The notes under the pieces are model-generated. The model did not search any database, was not told the origin of the DNA, and saw only the letters and a program-made list of their open reading frames with translations. DNA of 64,000 bases, taken from IMG/VR virus record IMGVR_UViG_3300032138_000007, positions 1 through 64,000 of that record. One strand, 5' to 3'. Position 1 is the stretch's first letter; each line of letters opens with the position of its first letter. Shown here piece after piece: positions 36,866 through 45,371 of this stretch. Both the position numbers and the translations under genes were made by a program. This DNA is from a virus (Duplodnaviria; Caudoviricetes).

Positions 36866-37900
36866 ATGTCTTTTAAAGTCTTTAATCCAAAAGAAAAAGT
36901 CGAGAATTTATATAGTACCGTTTCTGAACCTATGTGGTCTGATGATTCAGGAACTTTGACTACATTTTTTACTGGATCTGTGCAGAACTCTAATAGTGGT
37001 AAATACTATAATGATATATATAAAACTACCGACCAAACCTTAGATGTTCAGTTTGCAGTAACATATGGTCATATGCTCGGTTCTGGATCTGAAGGTTCAA
37101 CAGCGACAGGAACAACAAATCCAACCAAAGGAATATATTCTCAATTAAGACAGGTTTTATTACCTGCTCAAACTACTCGGTTTAATTTTAATGGTGGTGG
37201 AACTGGAAGTTATGCAAGTGATGATGTTTATGCAATAGCTGTAAATAGAGCACGATATAGAGAAAAGATGGATCCAGGAAACTGGGAATTACACTTAACA
37301 AGTGGAAGTAACACCATTAATTTAATTGATGATAGTGAAGCAAATACAAATCCACTACTTGGAAATGCAAAACGAGAGTTTAATGTAGTTAGTGGTTCAG
37401 TAGCAAATGGAGTTTATAGAACTGCAACTTCCGAAGCAACAGCTACCAGTTCTGGTTCGTTGGGTTTATTTTATCCTGAACAGGGAATGATTATTTTAAA
37501 TCCAAACGCTTTAGATTCTGGACCAGATTTTTCATCTTTTGGATATATACAAGCAGTTGTAACAAGTTCTGCTACTAACAATTACAATCATAGAAAATTA
37601 TTTCATTCTATAAAGAGTGGTTCTTATTTTGCAGCACGGAGAGAAGAACAAAAACGTAGTTCGTTTTATTTTTGTAATATACTTGGTAGAGAGTTTAATC
37701 ACAGTCAAAATCCTTCATTTTTTACTGGGTCACATGCAGTTTTAACTCATAATTCATTTATCACAGAACCTAGCACTTATCTAACAACCGTTGGTCTTTA
37801 TAATGATAATAATGAATTATTGGCAGTGGCTAAATTATCTAAACCATTCAAAAAAGATCCAAATACTGAAGCACTTATCAAAGTAAGACTTGATTATTAA
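36866..37900 (+). CDS. Baseplate/tail structural protein, paralog B2
   Basis: Collinear with B1 (NRARYREKxDPGNWELHL; VAKLSKP..VRLDY). Confidence 0.75.
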   Translation: MSFKVFNPKEKVENLYSTVSEPMWSDDSGTLTTFFTGSVQNSNSGKYYNDIYKTTDQTLDVQFAVTYGHMLGSGSEGSTATGTTNPTKGIYSQLRQVLLPAQTTRFNFNGGGTGSYASDDVYAIAVNRARYREKMDPGNWELHLTSGSNTINLIDDSEANTNPLLGNAKREFNVVSGSVANGVYRTATSEATATSSGSLGLFYPEQGMIILNPNALDSGPDFSSFGYIQAVVTSSATNNYNHRKLFHSIKSGSYFAARREEQKRSSFYFCNILGREFNHSQNPSFFTGSHAVLTHNSFITEPSTYLTTVGLYNDNNELLAVAKLSKPFKKDPNTEALIKVRLDY

Positions 37901-37911
37901 AGGAGATTCCC

Positions 37912-39033
37912 ATGTTTAAGGATATATCTCCAGATGATAGATCAATAAAAGAATTTAAAACTTATAAACAATTCACTTTTACAAATTCTGATACTGGAAG
38001 TGGTGTTTTTGGTCTTGAAGGTATAAGTGGAAGTGCACATTATTTCCTAACGGGTTCGGCGGCATCTCAAAGTTTTGGGGTTTTCAACGAAGCTTCTAAA
38101 AGTTTCGGACATTCTTGGGATACTTGGTATAGTTGTGGTACTTTCTTTAAACTTCCTTTATATTTTCAAATAAATAATTCGTATTATGAGTATGATAAAG
38201 TTCCTAATAAGAAGTCTAATATAACGAGATTTCCAGTATACACTCCGAGTAGGTGGGAAAGAAAATGGCCACATGGTAGAGAAGCTTCAGATTGGGGTAC
38301 TATAGTTCCACGAGAATTACATGATACAGTAAATGTTATAACAATTCCACAACAATTTTTTGGTGAAGAAATAAAACCACTTTCAGTTAAAATTCTTGAC
38401 GATAGCGGGGCAACAACTTTAGATATAAGAGATGATGGACACGGACAACTTTATGATTATTTTTATTCTTCAAGTTTTGCAGCAGGAACACCGAGTGGTA
38501 CACCACGAACAGGAGGTTCTATAGGAAATGTTTTTTATGAACACGGAATCATTACAGTTACAGATACAGGTTCAAGATATACGAGTGTTGGACTTGGAAC
38601 TGGTGGTGATGGTTGGTCAGTAAGATTTCAAGCAACAAAAACTTCTTATGAATATCAATATCAATGTAACATAGCAGAATATCAATTTACTGGCACTACA
38701 AATCCAAGTGCAGTTATTGGTAGAAGTGGTAGTATTGCTGTTCCAGCAGGTTCCAGATATAATTATAATGGAAAGTTTGAGGCGGACGAGGCACAATATG
38801 AAAGTGCTTTTGATTTAGTAATGCCACCAGCAAGTAGATCATACGATACGTCATATAGTGGAGATGGTGGATTGTATCATAATTTCACAACACATTCAGA
38901 ATTTGGGACATACGTCACAAATATAGGTTTATATAACGATACAAATGAGTTATTGGCCATCGCAAAACTATCAAATCCAATTAAAAATGATAAAGATTTA
39001 CCAATTTCATTTTTAGTTCGTTTTGATTCGTAA
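37912..39033 (+). CDS. Baseplate/tail structural protein, paralog B3
   Basis: YVTNIGLYNDTNELLAIAKLSNP..VRFDS. Confidence 0.75.
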   Translation: MFKDISPDDRSIKEFKTYKQFTFTNSDTGSGVFGLEGISGSAHYFLTGSAASQSFGVFNEASKSFGHSWDTWYSCGTFFKLPLYFQINNSYYEYDKVPNKKSNITRFPVYTPSRWERKWPHGREASDWGTIVPRELHDTVNVITIPQQFFGEEIKPLSVKILDDSGATTLDIRDDGHGQLYDYFYSSSFAAGTPSGTPRTGGSIGNVFYEHGIITVTDTGSRYTSVGLGTGGDGWSVRFQATKTSYEYQYQCNIAEYQFTGTTNPSAVIGRSGSIAVPAGSRYNYNGKFEADEAQYESAFDLVMPPASRSYDTSYSGDGGLYHNFTTHSEFGTYVTNIGLYNDTNELLAIAKLSNPIKNDKDLPISFLVRFDS

Positions 39034-39093
39034 TTAAAGAATATATATTATATTTATTACTAAACAAAAACAAGATAATATAGGAGAACACAC

Positions 39094-39501
39094 GTGGACA
39101 GCCAACAAACGCTTATGGAACAGTTCATAGGTCATTATGGTTGGATAGCTGTTACATTTGGATTAGGATTCTTTTTTAAAGAATCTATAATGAATATAAT
39201 ACAAGGGATGCAGATTTTTATGGGTAACGATTTTAATAATGATGACGTTATCTATATTAGTGGACGAGAAGCCAGAGTAGTAAGAGTCGGAATGACTAAA
39301 ACTGTATTTTATATGAAAGATAGGGGTACAAAAATGGTAGTACCTAACGAAAAGCTAAAAAACTTAACATTAGAAAAAAGATTACCCGCGGGAAAGAGGG
39401 GGGTAGAAGATGGTTATTTGCCAAAATCAACAGATGAAATATCTAAAGGTAAAAAACAAGGACTTCATGCAGTAGAAAGTGAGATTTCTGTGAAAGACTA
39501 A
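39094..39501 (+). CDS. Minimal MscS-like protein (TM plus beta domain)
   Basis: FFKESIMNIIQG..DFNNDDVIYISG..VVRVGMTKT..VVPNEKL. Confidence 0.65.
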   Translation: MDSQQTLMEQFIGHYGWIAVTFGLGFFFKESIMNIIQGMQIFMGNDFNNDDVIYISGREARVVRVGMTKTVFYMKDRGTKMVVPNEKLKNLTLEKRLPAGKRGVEDGYLPKSTDEISKGKKQGLHAVESEISVKD

Positions 39502-39541
39502 TATTTATAGTTGTACAGTAACGCTAACATGGAGAAAATAT

Positions 39542-40828
39542 ATGAAAAAGTTATTGGTTGGGTTGTTGTTATCAACATCCTTTTTATTTGGACAAGGGTT
39601 AGAAGGGGCATTTTCAAGCTTTTTTAAGTATTCAACAGTTTATGCCGGATTTAATCTAAATTCACCAATGCATCAAGATGATAGATATCATCTTTCAATG
39701 ATAAATCCAGAAACGGGAGAAGAAGATTGGTATGGTGGTGAATTATCTGTACAAAAAGAAGAAAGAGATTTAAAACCTGATTATGATATAGCATTTGGTA
39801 TAAGAAAAATAGCAAGATTCCATTATGAAGCAAAACGAGGTGTAAAAAACGCTGGTGTTGGTGGAGATTGGTATAAAGGTATGGCAGATGCAAGTCCAAA
39901 TGAAGCAGCAACAATCGGTAGAGTTAAAGGATTTGAATATTTAGTCAAGTATATGGAACACCGTCGCTGGGATATGAAACATGCGAGTCAAGAATATCAA
40001 TTGAGGTATCTTGGTGATTGGTTAATTCTTAAATTAAGATATGCGGATTTAGGTTTAGAAGAAATTAGATATGGTCAAGGTGATTTAAGATTACGAAAAG
40101 AATTTAATGGTGGTAATAGTAGTTTTAATGTTTCATTTGGAGTAGGTGCACGAACACATCCAGCATACGGATTCGCACCAACTGTTATTGATAGTTCGTG
40201 GTATACTTCATCTTGGTGGGAATTCGCATCAGATGAGTTTGGTGTAGATGATAGATTATATCAAGGTGATACAGATGGAGATGGAATTGGAGATGGTGGA
40301 ATGGCAGTTTATGACCAACAAACTGGTGAATATATTGGTTATGTAGGATATGATTGGAGATGGTTTGATGCTGATGGTAATGTAATGGCACATAGTGATA
40401 GAGAATTTTATACATATCATTTTCCAGGCATGTTAGATAGTTGGTTTAATAAACAATTAAAAGGATTGGGAAACCAAAGAGAAATATCTATATCACTTGG
40501 AATAGATTGGTATCAATATACAGAGAATTTTTGGTTACACGTTTGGGGTAGTTTATATCCTTATCACTATGGGTTAGATAAGTATTCTTATCATAACGCA
40601 GTAGCGTGGAAAGAACATGATGAAGCAGGAAAAGACCCTGAAACTTTTAAATTTTTAGACAAAGGAACAGAGATTTGGATGGATTATGATATAGGTGCAG
40701 TAATTGGATTTAAATTACAAGAGAATTTAGGATTCTATGTTGAAGGAAAATATTTAGATTATTGGAACAGACCAGCTTATGATTTAAAAGTTGGATTAAA
40801 TTATCAATTTGTAGGATTTGGATTATAA
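39542..40828 (+). CDS. Putative outer-membrane beta-barrel protein
   Basis: Signal peptide, aromatic-rich alternating strands, C-terminal YDLKVGLNYQF; DTDGDG loop. Confidence 0.65.
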   Translation: MKKLLVGLLLSTSFLFGQGLEGAFSSFFKYSTVYAGFNLNSPMHQDDRYHLSMINPETGEEDWYGGELSVQKEERDLKPDYDIAFGIRKIARFHYEAKRGVKNAGVGGDWYKGMADASPNEAATIGRVKGFEYLVKYMEHRRWDMKHASQEYQLRYLGDWLILKLRYADLGLEEIRYGQGDLRLRKEFNGGNSSFNVSFGVGARTHPAYGFAPTVIDSSWYTSSWWEFASDEFGVDDRLYQGDTDGDGIGDGGMAVYDQQTGEYIGYVGYDWRWFDADGNVMAHSDREFYTYHFPGMLDSWFNKQLKGLGNQREISISLGIDWYQYTENFWLHVWGSLYPYHYGLDKYSYHNAVAWKEHDEAGKDPETFKFLDKGTEIWMDYDIGAVIGFKLQENLGFYVEGKYLDYWNRPAYDLKVGLNYQFVGFGL

Positions 40829-40838
40829 GGAATGTAAA

Positions 40839-41240
40839 ATGAAATATTTACTGATAAGTTTAGTATTACTATTTGGACTATCTGATGTAACTTTTGGTCA
40901 AAGTAAATGGGATAAGTTTTTAAAGAAAGTAGAGAAGGCATCAAAAGAAGCACAGAAAATTGACAAACAAGTACAACAATTAAAGAAACAAGCAGAGAAA
41001 AGTGGAAGAAAAAAATCTACAAGTGTTCCACATTTTAAAAGTATTTCTAAAGCCGATTTTATAAGTGGTAAACATAAAAAAATTACTATACCATATGACC
41101 ATAATCTTAGTGTGAAATATGGAGTTGCAGAATACAAAGTTACTCGTGATGGAAAGAAACAATATCAGATTTCGAGTAAAATTTACATGACAGCTGATGG
41201 AGCAACATATGACCGTTGGCGTAAAAGATTAAAACTATAG
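40839..41240 (+). CDS. Exported basic protein
   Basis: MKYLLISLVLLFG signal peptide; start moved to 40839. Confidence 0.65.
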   Translation: MKYLLISLVLLFGLSDVTFGQSKWDKFLKKVEKASKEAQKIDKQVQQLKKQAEKSGRKKSTSVPHFKSISKADFISGKHKKITIPYDHNLSVKYGVAEYKVTRDGKKQYQISSKIYMTADGATYDRWRKRLKL

Positions 41241-41250
41241 GAGAAATATA

Positions 41251-41340
41251 ATGAAAAACGTATGTGACAATCCAAATTGTCAATGTGAAAATTGTCAATG
41301 TGAAAATTGTCAATGTGAGAAGGGGAAGCAAAATGATTAA
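41251..41340 (+). CDS. Metallothionein-like 29-aa Cys-rich peptide (not in ORF track)
   Basis: AGGAG RBS; MKNVCDNPNCQCENCQCENCQCEKGKQND. Confidence 0.7.
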   Translation: MKNVCDNPNCQCENCQCENCQCEKGKQND

Positions 41341-41947
41341 AAAACTATTTTTAGTATTAACTTTATTGTTTACATTTAGTTGTGATGATTTACTTGTGGA
41401 AGATGAATATCCAATGAAGTTATGGTTAAATGGTGAAGAAGTAGATGTAGAAGCAGAATACCAACGAATTACAACTTTTGCTGAAGAAGTTGAATATGCG
41501 GGATATGATAGTTCGATAACATTTATTAAAAAGATATTAGTCATTCATTTTCAAAAAGATGCAGGTAGAGTTGAAATAGACAAAGAACACTACGCCGTAG
41601 TATTTACTGATTGGGAAGGTGATACATCAAATGGATTACCGATTGATGAAGGAAGTTATCAATGGCCAAGTGTGTGTTCAGCGTGTCCAAGAGCTTGTAT
41701 GCATGGAGCACCAAGTAAATGGGTTAGAATGGAAATTCTTGGTGATGAAGATTATGGTGTTTCAGGACAAGCACATATAGAAACAATAAGTGAAAGTGGA
41801 AATACTTGGGTAATAAGTGGTGATGCTGAAGGTATATTCTATAATCCATATTCAGAAGAAAATATGCATGGTGTAATAGAATTTACAAATTTAGAAATTG
41901 AAACAGACGAGGATAATACACCATATTTTAATTATGGAGGACGTTAA
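41333..41947 (+). CDS. Acidic lipoprotein
   Basis: MIKKLFLVLTLLFTFS-C lipobox; start moved from 41264 to 41333; CSACPRAC cluster. Confidence 0.75.
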   Translation: MIKKLFLVLTLLFTFSCDDLLVEDEYPMKLWLNGEEVDVEAEYQRITTFAEEVEYAGYDSSITFIKKILVIHFQKDAGRVEIDKEHYAVVFTDWEGDTSNGLPIDEGSYQWPSVCSACPRACMHGAPSKWVRMEILGDEDYGVSGQAHIETISESGNTWVISGDAEGIFYNPYSEENMHGVIEFTNLEIETDEDNTPYFNYGGR

Positions 41948-42270
41948 TGCCAGGAATGTTTGAAATTATGTTAGTTGGTTTAGTTTGTTTTAATCTTGGA
42001 AACACTCTTGGGTATAAACGACATTCTCATGAACATCATAAAAAACCAACAAAACAAATGATTATTGAAGATTCTACAAAAGTAGTTAATATTTATATTG
42101 ATAGACATGGACATTATTGGTCAGACCCACGATTTACTATGAGTTATAGGTGGGGTATACAACATGGACCAAGAGTAATTGTTTTTCATAAAGGTAGTAA
42201 ATCCTGGAAAAAAGGATTTAATAAAAAGAGATGGAATAAACATCTTAGAAAAAAGAGAAAATGGGGATAA
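41947..42270 (+). CDS. Membrane-anchored His/Lys-rich protein
   Basis: N-terminal hydrophobic stretch; GGAGG RBS. Confidence 0.6.
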   Translation: MPGMFEIMLVGLVCFNLGNTLGYKRHSHEHHKKPTKQMIIEDSTKVVNIYIDRHGHYWSDPRFTMSYRWGIQHGPRVIVFHKGSKSWKKGFNKKRWNKHLRKKRKWG

Positions 42271-42273
42271 GAA

Positions 42274-42873
42274 GTGGCAGAGAATGGACAAAGATTAGGA
42301 GAACTGTTATTAGAAGCAGATGTTATAACTAAAAGACAGCTAGCTAAGGCCTGCCAAAAACAAGTAAAAGGTGATAAAAGAAAATTAGGCGAAATATTAA
42401 TTGAATTAAATTATATTACTGTTGAGGACTTAACGGATGTAATGCTAAATACACACCATGTCGATACAGTAGAGCCTGTAATAGAGGAAAAAGTAGTGGC
42501 ACAACAAAAACCAATAGATATAAGTGAAGATGCTGTAATGAAAACAAAGTTTGCATTAGATGTTAAAACATTGATAGCTGCAGCAGTTGGTATTTCATCA
42601 TTAGTCGGTATGTGGTATGCACTTCAAGCAGACATACAAGAAGCAAAAGAATTACCTAAGATTGGTAACATATATAATCAAGAATATCCATCAAGACCAG
42701 AAGGTTATAACTGGCCAAGGTCGTATGAACAATATAAAGATCAAGTGGGCAATCTTCAAGAAGATATGGATGAGGTATTTGATAAGTTAGATGAATATGA
42801 AGAAAAAATTGAAGATTTGGAAAAAACAGTAACCGACTTGAGAATCAAATTAGCAAACAAGAGGGATAAATAG
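42274..42873 (+). CDS. MshEN-domain / TM / coiled-coil protein
   Basis: RLGELLLEADVITKRQLAKACQKQ-x6-KLGEILIELNYITVEDL tandem motif; TM LIAAAVGISSLVGMWYAL. Confidence 0.8.
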   Translation: MAENGQRLGELLLEADVITKRQLAKACQKQVKGDKRKLGEILIELNYITVEDLTDVMLNTHHVDTVEPVIEEKVVAQQKPIDISEDAVMKTKFALDVKTLIAAAVGISSLVGMWYALQADIQEAKELPKIGNIYNQEYPSRPEGYNWPRSYEQYKDQVGNLQEDMDEVFDKLDEYEEKIEDLEKTVTDLRIKLANKRDK

Positions 42874-42875
42874 TT

Positions 42876-43319
42876 ATGGATAAAGCACAATTAATTAAGT
42901 GGGGTTTTAAATTGCTATGTTTAGTCGGAATAGTAGTTGTAATGTGTGGAAATATTGTTAATGCACAAGATAAACCTAAACCAAAAATAGAAGTTATCAA
43001 TGACGATAATTTCAAAAAGAAAATAGCAAAAGGATTCGTTCTTATTAAATTTACAGCCCCATATCAAATGGCTATGCTTGATGTGAAATTGTTAGATGGT
43101 ATAAAAGGATTTGAAGGATGTGTTGTTTATGTAGTTGACCATTCGAGTGTTAAGAAAGTAGTTAAAAAACTTAGAATTAGAAATTATCCATCGTTAGCAT
43201 TATTTCATAATGGTTCTAAAAAGAAAGTATGGAAAGCAGATATGGATGGTGTTGTTGATGTAACCAATAAACATATTAAAAAATCAATACAAGATGCATT
43301 AGCTGGTGATGTATTCTAA
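42876..43319 (+). CDS. Exported thioredoxin-fold protein without CxxC
   Basis: INDDNFKKKI..VLIKFTAPY..IRNYPSLALFHNG. Confidence 0.7.
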   Translation: MDKAQLIKWGFKLLCLVGIVVVMCGNIVNAQDKPKPKIEVINDDNFKKKIAKGFVLIKFTAPYQMAMLDVKLLDGIKGFEGCVVYVVDHSSVKKVVKKLRIRNYPSLALFHNGSKKKVWKADMDGVVDVTNKHIKKSIQDALAGDVF

Positions 43320-43468
43320 TGCCAAACAGTAAAGCAAAAGATAGAAAGAAAAAAAGAGCAGCATTAAATAAAAAATGGGCTACTGAAGGTAGAACTGCAG
43401 TTCAACACAAAAAGTGGTTAGCTAAAGAAAAAGGTAAAGGTACTCAATTACCTATATATGGTAGATAA
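43319..43468 (+). CDS. 49-aa highly basic protein (not in ORF track)
   Basis: TAATG coupling; MPNSKAKDRKKKRAALNKKWATEGRTAVQHKKW... Confidence 0.55.
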   Translation: MPNSKAKDRKKKRAALNKKWATEGRTAVQHKKWLAKEKGKGTQLPIYGR

Positions 43469-43470
43469 TA

Positions 43471-43863
43471 ATGTTAAAACTCAAAGACTTACTCATAGAA
43501 AGAATTGATTATCATGATACTGCAGAATATTTAGTTAAACAATATAAACTTCGTTCTAAAGTAAAATTTGGTAAAGTAAAAGGTCAAAATAAAGCAGATT
43601 ACGATTGGGTTAAAGATGTAATCAATCTAAAAAAAAGTTATCCTTCAGTTAAAGAATTCATAATAACAGTATTACACGAAATAGACCACGCGAAGATGAG
43701 AAAAGAAATGGGTGCTAAAAAGTATGAGTGGGAATATATTAAAGCTGGGGAAGAAGCTGAACAAAAAGGTCGTGATTTCCACGATGATAACAAATATGAA
43801 GAACAAGCTGAAAGATGGGCTCAAAAAGAATACAGTAGAAAATGGAAGCGAAAATTTAGTTAA
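43471..43863 (+). CDS. HExxH zinc-metallopeptidase-like protein
   Basis: TVLHEIDHA..YEEQAE; MLKLKDLLIE leader. Confidence 0.65.
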   Translation: MLKLKDLLIERIDYHDTAEYLVKQYKLRSKVKFGKVKGQNKADYDWVKDVINLKKSYPSVKEFIITVLHEIDHAKMRKEMGAKKYEWEYIKAGEEAEQKGRDFHDDNKYEEQAERWAQKEYSRKWKRKFS

Positions 43864-43896
43864 TTTGAGAAAACAGAGTTATATTTATTAAAGGTT

Positions 43897-44244
43897 ATGA
43901 AAACACGCTCAGGTAAGGCCAAAGGCCGTAGATTACAAAACAAAGTTAGAGATGTTCTATTAGAACATTTTTCAGAGGAATTAGAACCAGATGACATCCG
44001 TACAGCAATTATGGGTGAAACTGGTGAAGATATCAAGTTATCCCCTGCTGCTCGTAAATTAATCCCATATTCATTTGAGTGTAAAAATCAAGAAAAATTA
44101 AATATATGGTCATCGTTGGAACAAGCAGAAGAAAATAGTGGAGATTACCCACCTGTTTTGATATTTAAAAGAAATAGAAGTAAAACTTATGTTACTATAG
44201 AATTAGAAGAATTTATAAAATTAATAGATGATAGATCAAAATAA
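43897..44244 (+). CDS. PD-(D/E)xK endonuclease / Holliday-junction resolvase-like
   Basis: KAKGRRLQ..GEDI..FECKNQE. Confidence 0.75.
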   Translation: MKTRSGKAKGRRLQNKVRDVLLEHFSEELEPDDIRTAIMGETGEDIKLSPAARKLIPYSFECKNQEKLNIWSSLEQAEENSGDYPPVLIFKRNRSKTYVTIELEEFIKLIDDRSK

Positions 44245-45181
44245 ATTAGTATATCTTATAGATAGAACTATTGGTTCTAAAGGTCAAAAACTCAAGAAAC
44301 GAGATGAGTATATGTATTGGAGTCCATTTATATCTCATCATAAACCTAAATTACAAGTCAATATAGTTACAGGTAAATGGCACTGTTGGGTTTCTAATGC
44401 AGGTGGCCATAATTTATTTCAATTATTCAAAAAATTAAATGCTACACAAGAACAATTTAGTGAACTTCATACCATCATAGGGGATAAACCATTTCGAAAG
44501 CGAAATGATGATAGTGCATTAAAAAATAAAGAAGTAGAATTACCAAAAGAATTTTTGTCTTTGGTATATAAACATCCATCTCCAGTATATAAACACGCAA
44601 TGTCTTATTTACAGATGAGGGGAATTACATACGAAGATATATTAAAGTATAATATTGGTTATTGTGATCAAGGACTTTATACAAATAGAGTTATTATTCC
44701 AAGTTATGACGAAGATGGAGTATTGAATTTTTTTGTAGGACGAGATATATTTGAAAGTAAAATGAAATATAGAAATTCACCTACACAAAAAGACATAATA
44801 GGATTTGATTTATTCATTAATTGGGATGAACCTGTCGTGTTATGTGAAGGTCCATTTGACGCAATTGCAATCAAAAGAAACGCTATTCCATTGTTTGGTA
44901 AGACCATTCTACCAAAATTAAAATTAAAAATTATAGAGAAAAAAGTAAAATCTATATATATATCATTAGACACGGATGCAATAGGTGATTCTATGAAGAT
45001 GGTAGAAAACTTTATGAATCACAATATTGACGTCTACTTTGTTAAATTAACAGAAAAGGATCCGTCAGATTTGGGTTTCGAGAAAGTTACAGAACTTCTT
45101 AAAGAAACTGATAAGATGAAGTTTTCAGATTTGATGAGAATGAAGTTGAATGGTAAGACAAAAAGACATATGGAAATTTAA
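44228..45181 (+). CDS. DNA primase (DnaG-type Toprim)
   Basis: RVIIP..FFVGR..KYRN, LCEGPFDA, LDTDA, KDPSD. Confidence 0.88.
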   Translation: MIDQNKLVYLIDRTIGSKGQKLKKRDEYMYWSPFISHHKPKLQVNIVTGKWHCWVSNAGGHNLFQLFKKLNATQEQFSELHTIIGDKPFRKRNDDSALKNKEVELPKEFLSLVYKHPSPVYKHAMSYLQMRGITYEDILKYNIGYCDQGLYTNRVIIPSYDEDGVLNFFVGRDIFESKMKYRNSPTQKDIIGFDLFINWDEPVVLCEGPFDAIAIKRNAIPLFGKTILPKLKLKIIEKKVKSIYISLDTDAIGDSMKMVENFMNHNIDVYFVKLTEKDPSDLGFEKVTELLKETDKMKFSDLMRMKLNGKTKRHMEI

Positions 45182-45371
45182 TGATGAAGAGTGGAAAATT
45201 CACATTTCAGATGAATCATTAAAAGTTAATGTGCAAAAGAAATTTAATCTTATAGATACAGGTACTATTTATTATGAGAATGGTAATTTTAAAGAAGAAA
45301 CTTCTTGGGATATAATAGTTCCCAACGATTTAATTAATAAAGTAAAAAAATACATCAAGGATAATAGTTGA
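45150..45371 (+). CDS. Hypothetical protein
   Basis: Overlapping ORF in replication run. Confidence 0.6.
   Translation: MVRQKDIWKFNDEEWKIHISDESLKVNVQKKFNLIDTGTIYYENGNFKEETSWDIIVPNDLINKVKKYIKDNS

Noticed and set aside
41264-41332. IVNVK-repeat N-terminal extension of the lipoprotein
   Set aside because: Out-of-frame reading of the Cys peptide; the lipoprotein signal begins at 41333
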